Shown here: in pieces, positions 48,989 to 58,594 of the stretch
Numbering within the stretch: the first letter of the stretch is position 1
Layout: every line of letters starts with the position of its first letter
Assembly (NCBI GenBank): GCA_965203055.1
Contig: OZ241863.1
Coordinates: 2,016,001-2,080,000, forward strand
Source of the DNA: Spirochaetia bacterium
Lineage (GTDB): Bacteria; Spirochaetota; Spirochaetia; SZUA-6; Bin103
Length of the DNA stretch: 64,000 nucleotides
Reading direction: 5' to 3'
The notes under the pieces: model-generated
Seen by the model: only the letters and a program-made list of their open reading frames with translations
Databases searched by the model: none
What the model was told of the DNA's origin: nothing
Program-made: the position numbers and the translations under genes

Positions 48989-50581
48989 TTACATCCCCCA
49001 CACCGTGATGGACGCGCCGGCGCCCGCCTCCCGGCGGCGGAACAGCTTCTCCCGCCACTCCTTGCCGGGCGTGCGGTCGAAGATCACCAAGTGGCCTTCG
49101 GCGGCCCCGCATCGGTCCAGGTAGCCGCGGGTCTGCGCCACCCCCTCGCGGATGGCGCGATCCAGGCCGCCGCGCAGCAGCTTGCACTCGATCACCATGC
49201 GCCGGGTCCGCTCCGGCGGCGCGCCGGCCGGCCATACGATCAGCAGGTCGGTGCGCATCCGCCCCAGCCCATACTCGCGCTCCACCCGGCCACCGGAGTT
49301 GACGATGCGCTGCAGGAACGCCTGCAGCAGCAACTGCGGCCCCGCCTCCCGGTACTGGAAGCGCTCGAGCCAGTGCTCGGAGTGCTCGCGGAAGAACTCC
49401 TGAAACGCCGCCAGCAGCTTGCTCAGGTTCAGTCCGGCGTCCGGTTCCACGTACCAGGCGGGGTCGTGCGGCAGGAACTCCTGGGTGGTCCACGTGATGG
49501 CGCGCGGAATGACCTCCCGGTAGATCGGATTTGCGACGCGCACCGGCGGATCGACCGCCACCAGCCCCAGGTCGCGCACGTACTGCAGATCGTCGGCGCG
49601 GATGGTCCCGGGCGCCGGGCTGCCGCTCAGCAGCGGGCCGATCACCCGCCGCACGCGCTCCTCCTGCAGCTTGTCGGCGAGCTGGTCCAGATGGGTCTCG
49701 CGGCGCAGGATGAGGCGCTCGCGGGCGGCGTGGACCGCTTCGGCGCTGATGGTGCGGGTGCGGTCGCGCCCCGCTTCGCCGCCGGAGCACGCCTCCCGGG
49801 CCAGCGCGTTGACCAGCCACGGCTGCCCGGCGGTCAACTCCCACACCGCCTGCAGGGCCGCGTCGGCGAACCTTTGTCCGGTTTCGGCGGTGTGCTGAGC
49901 GAGCAGCTCCCCTGTTTCGGTCTGCGCAAAGTCGCCCAGGCGCAACGACGCGGCCTTGACGTTGAACGCGCTGCCGCCGGTGATGACGTCGTTCTGCGCC
50001 GCGGAACGGATGCGGTAATCGCGCACGTCGCGCACGCCGCACAGGATCACGCTCTGCGGGAAGCCGTCCGGCCGCTCGTCGTAGCCGGCGCGCAACTGGC
50101 GCAGCACCGCGATCAGCGTGTCGCCGACCAGCGCGTCGATCTCATCGATCAGCAGCACCAGCGGCGTCGGGTCGGCCTCCGCCCAGCGCACCAGCACTTC
50201 CTGAAGCGCCCCTTCCGGGCCGAAGGTCGTCAGAATGCCGGGCCAGAGGCTCGCCAGCGACTCGTCGCCCAGGGTCCGGCGCGCCCGCGTCCCCAACGCC
50301 CCCAGAATGGCGCGCATCCCCCGCCCCACGTGCTCGCGGGCCGCCTGGCCGATCTCGACGTTCACGTAGACGCAGCGGTAGGCGCCCGCGGTCCCGCTGT
50401 TCAGCAGGTCGCGCAACGCCAGCAGGGCGGAGGTCTTGCCGGTCTGCCGGGGCGCGTGCAGCACGAAGTAGCGCTTGTCGCGGATCAGCGCCAGCACCTC
50501 GTCCAGATTCACCCGCTGCAGCGGCGGAATGCAGTAATGATCGGCGGCCACCACCGGCCCCGAAGTGTTGAAGAAACGCAT
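48989..50581 (-). CDS. AAA-like ATPase with C-terminal PD-(D/E)xK-like domain (paralog 2)
   Basis: MRFFNTSGP, HAPRQTGKT, LLIDEID, EREYGLGRMRTDLL...VIECK, ITVWGM; shares long identical peptides with 5623-7206. Confidence 0.88.
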   Translation of the reverse strand: MRFFNTSGPVVAADHYCIPPLQRVNLDEVLALIRDKRYFVLHAPRQTGKTSALLALRDLLNSGTAGAYRCVYVNVEIGQAAREHVGRGMRAILGALGTRARRTLGDESLASLWPGILTTFGPEGALQEVLVRWAEADPTPLVLLIDEIDALVGDTLIAVLRQLRAGYDERPDGFPQSVILCGVRDVRDYRIRSAAQNDVITGGSAFNVKAASLRLGDFAQTETGELLAQHTAETGQRFADAALQAVWELTAGQPWLVNALAREACSGGEAGRDRTRTISAEAVHAARERLILRRETHLDQLADKLQEERVRRVIGPLLSGSPAPGTIRADDLQYVRDLGLVAVDPPVRVANPIYREVIPRAITWTTQEFLPHDPAWYVEPDAGLNLSKLLAAFQEFFREHSEHWLERFQYREAGPQLLLQAFLQRIVNSGGRVEREYGLGRMRTDLLIVWPAGAPPERTRRMVIECKLLRGGLDRAIREGVAQTRGYLDRCGAAEGHLVIFDRTPGKEWREKLFRRREAGAGASITVWGM

Positions 50582-50781
50582 CGCTCCCAATCGGCGTCTG
50601 ACTGATCTCAGCGCCGGAATCCCGCCGCCGCTGCCCACGGAAATACCTGACAACTCATTTTCTCGGTGCAAGGTCTCGACATTTGGCCAACGGTATCCTA
50701 TATCTGATCTGACAAAGTGAGTAGCGCGCGCGCCGCGGCATGCCGTGATCGATGCTGCGCGAGCTGCCGGAGGAGAGGAAT

Positions 50782-51093
50782 ATGGGCGAAAAGACGACGA
50801 CGGTCAGCGCTCTGCGCCAGCAACTGATCGAAAAGGCGACCGCGGACCGCGAGTTTCGCAACCAATTGATGGCGGACCCCAGGACCGCGATCGAGGCGGA
50901 AACCGGCCTGACCGTGCCCTCCGAGTTCAACGTCGAGGTGCACCAGGACACGGCGACTACCGGTCACTTGATCCTGCCGCCCTCCGCCGAGCTCGGGGAA
51001 GCCGACCTGGCGCAGGCCGCCGGCGGCATCGACTGGTCCGGAGTGGGGCAATGGGAATATGGCAGGACCTACGACGAGGTGATGAACTCGTAG
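50782..51093 (+). CDS. NHLP (nitrile hydratase-like leader peptide) RiPP precursor
   Basis: Strong RBS GGAGGAGAGG. LIEKATADREFRNQLMADPRTAIE...VEVHQDT...HLILPP...ELGEADLAQAAGG leader with double-Gly site, then core IDWSGVGQWEYGRTYDEVMNS. Confidence 0.9.
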   Translation: MGEKTTTVSALRQQLIEKATADREFRNQLMADPRTAIEAETGLTVPSEFNVEVHQDTATTGHLILPPSAELGEADLAQAAGGIDWSGVGQWEYGRTYDEVMNS

Positions 51094-54000
51094 CCGGCAC
51101 GGCCGCGGCGCGGGCTTCGGCGGCGGCGCGGCCGGCGTTGAGCGCGAGCAGGCGGGCGAGCGCTTCGTCGCGGACCGCGTCGGGCCAGCGGTAGCGGCAG
51201 GGTTTCTTCTTGCGGCCCCAGGCGGCCTCGTCGATCGCATAGTCGAGGAGGAAGTCGCAGGCGGTGGGAAGGTCGCTCCAGCCGTAGGCGTCGAGCACGG
51301 CGCGGTCCATGGCGGCATGCAGTTCGCGGAGCTTGGCGATGCGCGGGTCGGTCTCGTAGAGGTCGTGGAAGCGGTTGTAGGTCCGCGTCATGCCTTCGCC
51401 GTTGTCCACCATGAGCGCCGCGCGGTAGTCGTAGTACGCTTTGCCGGCGGCTTCGAGGGCGGGATGAGTGTCCCGGCCTTCCGGGAACGGGAAGGTCTCG
51501 AAGCAGTCGGAGGGAGTATACGTGAGTCGGTCTTCCAGTGAAGACCCGAGAAATCGGGACCATATCTCATGAATTCGAGATTGGAGCACACAGAATAATT
51601 GGCAGCTCTCGCTGGGAAAGATGACGAGTCGATCACTGTACACCGCCGCTGACCGAAGGAACGCGAACCCCGTGTGCTCACTGACTCGAGAGATTGCCAG
51701 CACTCGGTCCAGGCCGGCGATGGCGCCGCCATAGAGTTCCTTGGCGGTCGATCCGTAGCGCCACCAGAACTTGGCGCGTTTCCTGCCGATGGCGTTCCTG
51801 CTGAGCTTGGCGCGTTCCGGCTTGACCCGCTCCTCGACAATCGCCATCAAGTCCGGCCAGCGCCGACGGCACTCAGCCTCGCTTCGCTCGCCGAAGTTGA
51901 TGACGTAACGATGGTGCGCGTGAGTCGGGCTGGTGTTCACCTCCTCGCCGCCGACGTAGGGGAAGATCACCTCGCGGTTGCGCGGGTCCTGATCGATCAG
52001 CCGCCGCATCTCGGCGAGCGGTGATGCCACTCCCTTCCGGTCGGTGTCGTCGAAGGTGAATCCCATGCCGAGCACGATGCTGCCCTGAAAGCTCTTGCCG
52101 GCGTTGGCCGCCAGCCGCACCGGATCGGCATGCCCGCCCCGATGAAACAGAAACGCCGTGACGCGCTCCACCGGGGCGCCGTCGAGCGTCCTCCTGCCCG
52201 ACGACTTGCCCTTCTCTATGTGTACCACGCTGACGACGACCGCGGCATCGCCAGGCCATTTGACCCGCTTGGTGGCGCGGTAGATATGACCGCCATGCTC
52301 GCAGATCCAGCGCAGGCCGCTGGAACGGGTGTCACCCTGGGCGATGGTGTTGGTGGCGATCAGGCCGAACGCGCCGCCGCCGCGCAGCAGGTCGAACGCG
52401 CGCCGGTAGAAGTGCGCCACCAGGTCGGCGTTGCCGTGGCTCTGCGCGTGCAGTTCCTTGAGCCAGCTCGGATAGCCGGCGACGTTGCCGGCGGCAACGT
52501 TGTTCTTACCCGCGAACGGCGGGTTGCCGACGAAGCCGTCGAAGCCCGGGTTCGCGCGCTCGAACACCTCGGGAAACTCGATTTCCCAGTGGAACGGCGC
52601 GAACGGCTTTTCTTGAGTGTTACGGCGCGTCTTCAACTCCGCGGCGTGGCGCCACCCCTGCCGCGTGAGAATCGCTTCCTGGTACGCCTCCAGACGCGCC
52701 GCGCGCTCCTTCGGCTTCGAGCCCTCGAAGAACGCCGCCAGCGTCAGATCGCCGAACCGCCGCACCTCCGCCAGCGCGTCCTGCGCGCGGCGCCACAGCG
52801 TCTGCAACTGCCGGTCGGTCACGGTGTCGTCCGCTTCCCGAATCCGGCGCCGCAACTCAGATGCCTCCGCCAACTTCTCGCGCACCCCGAAGCCGGCCAG
52901 GATCGGCTGTCCGCCCTGCCAGTGCAGCGCTTCGATCTGCCGCCGCGTCAGCCCCACGAGCGAATCGCCGCGGCGGAAGGCGTGGTCCACGAAGGTGAAC
53001 GGATGGTCGCGCGCCAGCGTGCTCAGCCACAGCGACACCTTGGCCAAGTCTACCGCCATCGGGTTGCGGTCGATGCCGTACAGACACTTCTGGGCCACCA
53101 GCCGGCGCGCGAAGGTCACCTCGTCCTCATCCGCCGGGATGTCAGGCAGCGCTCCGTGCGCGCCCCACGCCTCGATCAGCGCGTCGGCAAGCTGGCGGCA
53201 GGTCTCCACCAGAAACGCCCCCGATCCCATCGCCGGATCGCAGATCTTGAGATCGAGGACCTGCTCCGGGCGCGGCGGGCCGCCGTCCTCGCCGCGCAGC
53301 CGCTCCAGCAGCGGCGCCAGCGTATGGCGCACGATCGGCTCGGTCAGCTCCCGCGGCGTGTAGTGCGAGCCGGAACGGCGCCGCTCCTCGTTGGGCTGCA
53401 GCACCAGCCCGCCGCGGGGCACCAGGTCCGGCGTCGCGGCGTGATCCAGCACCCGGTCCAGCACCGCGTGCAGGTCGTTCACCGTGTGCGCCGCGCGCAG
53501 CCCCTTCGCGACCGCGGCGCTGACTGGGCGGTCCGCCCGCTCCTGCAGCCAGCGTCCGCGGCGCGCGGGGGGCTGCGCCAGCAGCGCGTCCAGGTCGATG
53601 GTGGTGGGCGCCCCCAACTTCTTCGCCGGCTTGATCGCCAGCGAGCGCCCGGTCGCGGTCTCCAGGCGAAACCCCATGATCGTCTCGTACACCGAGCCGA
53701 TCTGCTCCACGTCCAGCGTCCGGTAGGAGAGTCGCTCCCCGTCCAGCACCAGCAGCTTTTCCAGCACCCGGTAGACCACCCCGTCCGACACCCGCGGCGG
53801 CTCCAGCCGCGCGTTCCGCTGCCGCGACCCGCTGCCGCGGCGGCCCTCCAGGAACCGGTAGCGGTCCGGGTCGAACAGCGCGCCGCGGCGCTCCGGCAGA
53901 CTCACCGCGCCGCCGGTGCGGTCGGCCGGCACCCCGTCGTGGAGCAGGCGAAACAGCACCACCAACTGCGCCCAGGCGCCGTAGCGCTGATCCATCGTGT

Positions 54001-55018
54001 CCGGGTAGGCCGCGGCGTCCTTGCGCAGCCGCCGGTAGAGGCCGCCCAGCAAGTAGTGGCGCGCGAAGGTCTCGTCCTTTGGCAGCAGGCCGCGCTCCTC
54101 CGCGTACAGCAGGAACACCAGCCGCAGGATCACGGTGAGCAGCCCGCGGTAGATGGCGTTGCGGTCCCCGCCGGCCGCCAGCGGCTCGCTCAGCAGCGCG
54201 CCGTCGGTGGCGGCATGGGCGTTCTGGAAGCCGCGCACCAGTTCGTACAGCGCATGCAGCACCTGCTCGGCGAGGCGCTCGGAAACTTCGTTCTGATACA
54301 GCCGGCTGTCGGCCAGCACCGCGGTGAGGCGTTCATGACGCGGCAGCGCCAGCAGGCGCTGCTCGGAGAGGAGCAGGTGCAGGGCGGAGCAGAGCGGGCG
54401 CCCGGCGGTGGTGAGCAGGTCGGCGAAGCGGAAATCGATCCAGCCGGAACTCTCGCCGTGCGGGGCGGAGATCAGGCGCAGCGCAACGCCGTTGACCAGC
54501 ACGCCGGCGCGCACCCCGGTGGCGCGCAGCAGGCGTTCCGCGCGCCCCTGGGCGGATGCGTCCAGCCCGCCGGCGCCGGGCGCCGGGCGGTCGAACTCCT
54601 GGCCGGCGGCCAGCACCTGCACCAGCAGTTGCCACGCCGAGTCGCCGTTGCCGGGGTCGCGTTCGCGCACCGCGAAGTCGGGGCGCAGGGTCTCGCCGTA
54701 ATCGGGCAACGGCAGCGTGAGCTCTTCAGGGATCGGAGTTTCTGCAGTGAAGCCGGCGTAGCCCCGGGGCGAGAAGCCCCAGCCGAGCACCGCGGCGGCG
54801 AACTCGCGGAAGTCGCGGATGCACGGCTGCGGGTTGCCGCCCGGCGTGAGCGCCCGTTCCTCGGCGCAGCCGGCGAGCAGCGCCTGCCGGTGGGTATCCT
54901 GGCGGTTGACGAACGCCCCCGCCTTGAGCAGCGCCGGCGGCGACACCACCAGACCGTGCGGCTGGATGAACCCCAGCCATTCCAGGTGCGCGCGCGTGTT
55001 CGGATCGGCAGCAGGCAT
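50957..55018 (-). CDS. Type IIG/Eco57I-MmeI-like N6-adenine DNA methyltransferase (DISARM DrmMI-like)
   Basis: LDVEQIGSVYE, SGSHYTP, motif I DPAMGSG, FHWEIEFPEVF, motif IV GNPPF, YTPSDCFETFPFP, LARLLALN. The last ~45 codons run antisense through the NHLP gene. Confidence 0.88.
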   Translation of the reverse strand: MPAADPNTRAHLEWLGFIQPHGLVVSPPALLKAGAFVNRQDTHRQALLAGCAEERALTPGGNPQPCIRDFREFAAAVLGWGFSPRGYAGFTAETPIPEELTLPLPDYGETLRPDFAVRERDPGNGDSAWQLLVQVLAAGQEFDRPAPGAGGLDASAQGRAERLLRATGVRAGVLVNGVALRLISAPHGESSGWIDFRFADLLTTAGRPLCSALHLLLSEQRLLALPRHERLTAVLADSRLYQNEVSERLAEQVLHALYELVRGFQNAHAATDGALLSEPLAAGGDRNAIYRGLLTVILRLVFLLYAEERGLLPKDETFARHYLLGGLYRRLRKDAAAYPDTMDQRYGAWAQLVVLFRLLHDGVPADRTGGAVSLPERRGALFDPDRYRFLEGRRGSGSRQRNARLEPPRVSDGVVYRVLEKLLVLDGERLSYRTLDVEQIGSVYETIMGFRLETATGRSLAIKPAKKLGAPTTIDLDALLAQPPARRGRWLQERADRPVSAAVAKGLRAAHTVNDLHAVLDRVLDHAATPDLVPRGGLVLQPNEERRRSGSHYTPRELTEPIVRHTLAPLLERLRGEDGGPPRPEQVLDLKICDPAMGSGAFLVETCRQLADALIEAWGAHGALPDIPADEDEVTFARRLVAQKCLYGIDRNPMAVDLAKVSLWLSTLARDHPFTFVDHAFRRGDSLVGLTRRQIEALHWQGGQPILAGFGVREKLAEASELRRRIREADDTVTDRQLQTLWRRAQDALAEVRRFGDLTLAAFFEGSKPKERAARLEAYQEAILTRQGWRHAAELKTRRNTQEKPFAPFHWEIEFPEVFERANPGFDGFVGNPPFAGKNNVAAGNVAGYPSWLKELHAQSHGNADLVAHFYRRAFDLLRGGGAFGLIATNTIAQGDTRSSGLRWICEHGGHIYRATKRVKWPGDAAVVVSVVHIEKGKSSGRRTLDGAPVERVTAFLFHRGGHADPVRLAANAGKSFQGSIVLGMGFTFDDTDRKGVASPLAEMRRLIDQDPRNREVIFPYVGGEEVNTSPTHAHHRYVINFGERSEAECRRRWPDLMAIVEERVKPERAKLSRNAIGRKRAKFWWRYGSTAKELYGGAIAGLDRVLAISRVSEHTGFAFLRSAAVYSDRLVIFPSESCQLFCVLQSRIHEIWSRFLGSSLEDRLTYTPSDCFETFPFPEGRDTHPALEAAGKAYYDYRAALMVDNGEGMTRTYNRFHDLYETDPRIAKLRELHAAMDRAVLDAYGWSDLPTACDFLLDYAIDEAAWGRKKKPCRYRWPDAVRDEALARLLALNAGRAAAEARAAAVPATSSSPRRRSCHIPIAPLRTSRCRRRPAPGRLPRARRRAAGSSDR

Positions 55019-55140
55019 CGTTCAGCAGCCTTCGATAATAGACTACCCCGGCGACCCAGGCCCTTGAGGCTCAGCCCCCCGGCCTCGGCAGGGGCTCCAA
55101 CGGTCGATTGTGGTAGGCTGAAATCGGCCAGGGCTCCAAG

Positions 55141-55773
55141 TTGTCATCGAATCCATTCATCACCTACCAGTACGGAAACCGATTCGTGTCATTGGTCTTC
55201 GTTGGCCTGATGGCGCTTGCGCAGCCGGCCCGCGCCCGGTCGGAAGCGGCGGCGCCCGCGGACCGCGAGCTGCGGCTGCTCACGCTCGAACAGCTACGCG
55301 ACGCCGAATACCATCTGCCGCTGCTCGGCGATGAGGAGACGCCGATTCGATTCCACCAGGGGCGCGGATCGCTCACGTTCGGCCCCGGCGCCACCGAGCA
55401 GGTCCACGCCGGACTGGCAGGCGGCCTGGCCGCGTTCGGAGACCTCGACGGTGACCGCGTAGCCGATGCGGCGGTAGTCGTCTTCATCGATCCCGGCGGC
55501 AGCGGCACCTTCATCCACTTGCTGGCGATGCATGACCGCGCCGGCGCGCCGGTGCAGGCGGCGCGCGCGTTCCTGGGTGATCGGGTGCGCGTGGAACGCC
55601 TCGCCATCCGGGGCGGTCGGATCTTCGTTACGATGGTGGCGCACGGTCCCGACGAACCGATGTGTTGCCCCGCGACCCGGGTCCGCCGCGCGTTCACGTT
55701 GCGCGGGCGCCGGCTGGTGCCTTCGAGCGCCGCACGACAACCGCAAGGAGATCAACCGATATGGGACGCTTGA
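55141..55773 (+). CDS. Hypothetical secreted protein
   Basis: Signal-like LVFVGLMALAQPARA; GDLDGD, GGSGTF, LGDRV and MCCP motifs. Start uncertain. Confidence 0.65.
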   Translation: MSSNPFITYQYGNRFVSLVFVGLMALAQPARARSEAAAPADRELRLLTLEQLRDAEYHLPLLGDEETPIRFHQGRGSLTFGPGATEQVHAGLAGGLAAFGDLDGDRVADAAVVVFIDPGGSGTFIHLLAMHDRAGAPVQAARAFLGDRVRVERLAIRGGRIFVTMVAHGPDEPMCCPATRVRRAFTLRGRRLVPSSAARQPQGDQPIWDA

Positions 55774-56597
55774 AAGACAAGGTAGCGCTGATTACCGGCG
55801 CCGCGCGCGGCCACGCGCAGGCGATGGCGCGGCGCTTCGCAGCCGAAGGGGCGCGGCTGGCGATCTGCGACCTGACTTCGCCCGAGGAGCTGGACGCCAC
55901 CACCGGCGCGCAGGTCCGGGAAGCGGGCGGCCGCGCGCTCTGCTTTCGCACCGACGTGTCGGACGAGCGGCAGGTGAACGAGATGGTGGAGCGGACCCTG
56001 GCCGAGTACGGCGCCATCGACATCCTGGCGCCGGTGGTCGGCATCGCCGGCCCCACCAAGGACCTGTGGAACCTCTCGCTGGCCGAGTGGAAGCAGGTGC
56101 TGGCGGTCAATCTCGACTCGATCTTCCTGTGCTGCAAGGCGGCGCTGCCGTCGATGATCGAACGCCGGCGGGGCCGCATCATCATGTTCAGTTCGCCGAC
56201 CGGCAAGCAGCCGCTGGCGCACCGCTCCTCCTACGCCACCAGCAAGATGGCGGTGATCGGCCTCACCCGCACGCTGGCGGCCGAGGTGGGCCCCTACAAC
56301 ATCACCGTCAACGCCATCTGCCCCGGCGGCCACGCCGCGCGCGACCGCGAGCTCGCCAAGGCGTTCGCCGAGTACGTCGGCAAGCCGGTCGACGGCGACC
56401 TCTACACCAACTACGCGCCCGGCCCCAAGCCGGCCAACAAGGTGCTGTGCGGCCACTGGCTGCAGGCCGAGGGCTACGTGCAGGACCACGGCACCTCCGA
56501 CGACGCCGCCGCGGTGGCGGTGTTCATCGCATCCGACGAGGCCGGCAGCTTTACCGGCCAGGACGTCAACACCCCCGGCGGCTACGTGATGTGGTGA
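55761..56597 (+). CDS. SDR family oxidoreductase
   Basis: AAGGAG RBS; VALITGAARG, YATSK, VNAICPG. Confidence 0.93.
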   Translation: MGRLKDKVALITGAARGHAQAMARRFAAEGARLAICDLTSPEELDATTGAQVREAGGRALCFRTDVSDERQVNEMVERTLAEYGAIDILAPVVGIAGPTKDLWNLSLAEWKQVLAVNLDSIFLCCKAALPSMIERRRGRIIMFSSPTGKQPLAHRSSYATSKMAVIGLTRTLAAEVGPYNITVNAICPGGHAARDRELAKAFAEYVGKPVDGDLYTNYAPGPKPANKVLCGHWLQAEGYVQDHGTSDDAAAVAVFIASDEAGSFTGQDVNTPGGYVMW

Positions 56598-56678
56598 TGA
56601 TTGACAGTCATCGAGGAATACCTTAGCCTGCGTTCTTGGGCAAAGATACGCCCGACGACACCATCTAAGGAGGAGCGC

Positions 56679-58496
56679 ATGACGTTTCTTTCCACAATAA
56701 GGGGGGCAGCGGCTGTCGGCTTGGCGCTCACGCTGGCAGCGACCGCCGTGTGGGCTGCGGGCGAAGAAGAAGCCGCCGCCGAGGCAGAGTTCGTCACCGT
56801 AGAGCTCACCAAGCTCGACGGCACGACCATGACCCGGGAATACGAGAAACCCCGCTACGGCGGCACGATCACCATGAACCGGGAGATCCTGCTGGTTTCG
56901 TTCACGAACTGGGATCCGAGGGGCGGCGGCGGACCGCACGAGCTGGCCAACGTCCAGATCACCAACCAGCGCCTCTCGCAGTTGGACTGGGCGCGCGGCG
57001 CCTCGGGCACGAATGACTACCCGAACTTCGTGGCGGCGACACCGCCCCTGTACGTGGCGCCCCTGCTGGCGGAGAGCTGGTCGATGCCCAACAGCACCTC
57101 GATGGTGTTCAAGATGCGCGAAGGCGTCCACTTCTGGGAAAAGGAGGACGTGGCGCAAGCGAACCCGGGCCTCGAGGCTGACTACGGGCGCGAGTTGACT
57201 GCGCACGACGCGGCCTGGTCGTACGCCACGATGAACTTCTTCCAGTCGGGCCAAGCCGGGACTATCACCTGGACCGCCCTCGACGACCACACCCTGGAGT
57301 TGTCGTGGCCCGAGCCGGACGCGACCCAGGCGGGCTTCAACATGTCGCAGTACGCCTTCATCTTCAACTCGGGGATGCAGAACATCCCCCAGGACGATTG
57401 GGGGGACTGGCGAAACGCACTCGGTACCGGCGCATACATCCCCACTGACTTCGTGCCTGGCAGTACCGTCACCTACAAGCGCAATCCCAACTACTGGGAG
57501 AACGACCCGATCCACACCGACATGCGGCTGCCCTACGCCGACACCTTTCGCATCGTCGACTTCGACGACGAGGCGGCGATCATCGCAGCGCTGCGGGCCG
57601 GCCAGATCGACCTGACCAATGGCCTCGGCTCATCGGGCAAGTGGGGGCTGCAGCTCAAGGAGACGAACCCCGAGATTGGCCAGTTCCCCGCCGCCGCGAC
57701 CCCTTCGGTGTGGGTACCGCGCGTGGATCTGCCGGACAGCCCATTCAGTGACATCAAGGTGCGGCAGGCGCTCATGATGTCCATTCCGCGCGACGAGATC
57801 GTCGAGGACTTCTACGGCGGATTCGCCAGTGCGTATGCCTATCCGACCTTCCCGAACTTCGCGGATTGGTTTGTCGAGTACGAGGATCTGCCGACCGAGC
57901 CGACGCTGCCCGGTTCCTGCGCCAGTGCTCGCGACGTGGTGACGTACCTTCCCGACAAGGCGCGCGAGTGTCTCGCCGCGGCCGGGTACCCCGACGGTTT
58001 CGAGTTCGATCTGTGGAGTCCGCCGGGTGAGGCCGAGTTCAACGAGCTGTACCAGGGCTACTGGAACGAGGTGGGCATCCGCGCCAACCTCAAGGTGGTC
58101 GAGCTCGCGGTGTGGCAGTCGGTCAAGGACCGGGAGCCCCACCTCGGACTGACGAGCTGGACCCCTGGTAATTGGCAGGATCCGTTCAACGTAGTCATCT
58201 ATCAGCTGTCCAGAAATGGCACGGTCAACAGCGCGCGGGTGAACAACCCGATGTACGACGAGATTCTCAAGGTCGTCGAGACCGAGCTCGACGAAGAGAA
58301 GAGGCAGGCGGCGTGGCTGGAGTTCTTTCCCAAGGCGCTGGAGGAGGCCATTTACCCCGGCGGCGTCGCGTTCGACAAGCTGACGTTCTGGAACCCATGG
58401 GTAAAGGGATACAGTGGAGAGATCAGCAACGTCGGCATCCAGGGATGGCACTCGCTGGCCAAGATCATCTGGATCGACCAGAACATGCAGCCGTAG
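56679..58496 (+). CDS. Peptide/nickel ABC substrate-binding protein (family 5)
   Basis: AGGAGGAG RBS; signal ending VWAAGEEE; PRYGG, LAESW, GTGAY, RNPNYW, PFSDIKVRQAL, AAGYPDGF. Confidence 0.92.
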   Translation: MTFLSTIRGAAAVGLALTLAATAVWAAGEEEAAAEAEFVTVELTKLDGTTMTREYEKPRYGGTITMNREILLVSFTNWDPRGGGGPHELANVQITNQRLSQLDWARGASGTNDYPNFVAATPPLYVAPLLAESWSMPNSTSMVFKMREGVHFWEKEDVAQANPGLEADYGRELTAHDAAWSYATMNFFQSGQAGTITWTALDDHTLELSWPEPDATQAGFNMSQYAFIFNSGMQNIPQDDWGDWRNALGTGAYIPTDFVPGSTVTYKRNPNYWENDPIHTDMRLPYADTFRIVDFDDEAAIIAALRAGQIDLTNGLGSSGKWGLQLKETNPEIGQFPAAATPSVWVPRVDLPDSPFSDIKVRQALMMSIPRDEIVEDFYGGFASAYAYPTFPNFADWFVEYEDLPTEPTLPGSCASARDVVTYLPDKARECLAAAGYPDGFEFDLWSPPGEAEFNELYQGYWNEVGIRANLKVVELAVWQSVKDREPHLGLTSWTPGNWQDPFNVVIYQLSRNGTVNSARVNNPMYDEILKVVETELDEEKRQAAWLEFFPKALEEAIYPGGVAFDKLTFWNPWVKGYSGEISNVGIQGWHSLAKIIWIDQNMQP

Positions 58497-58527
58497 CGGG
58501 CCTCCTGGCACCGCGATGAGCCTGGCA

Positions 58528-58571
58528 GGGGTTGGCGGAGTTTCCTTCGGGGAGCGCCGCCAGCCCCTTTT
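58528..58571 (+). terminator. Intergenic hairpin with T tract (terminator/attenuator)
   Basis: GGGGTTGGCGG...TTCG...CCGCCAGCCCC followed by TTTT, between the binding-protein and permease genes. Confidence 0.7.
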
Positions 58572-58594
58572 CTGAAGCAGCAACCCATAGCTTG

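Noticed and set aside
50680..50705. Possible sigma54 promoter (TTGGCC...) upstream of the NHLP gene
   Set aside because: No TTGC at the -12 position.
8105..55018. Calling a complete DISARM or Druantia system
   Set aside because: Methyltransferase and helicase are 37 kb apart, and no SNF2 DrmD, PLD DrmC or separate DrmA/DrmB genes are visible.
37440..55100. Prophage or integrative element explaining the defence cluster
   Set aside because: No integrase, transposase, phage structural gene, tRNA or flanking direct repeat was recognised.
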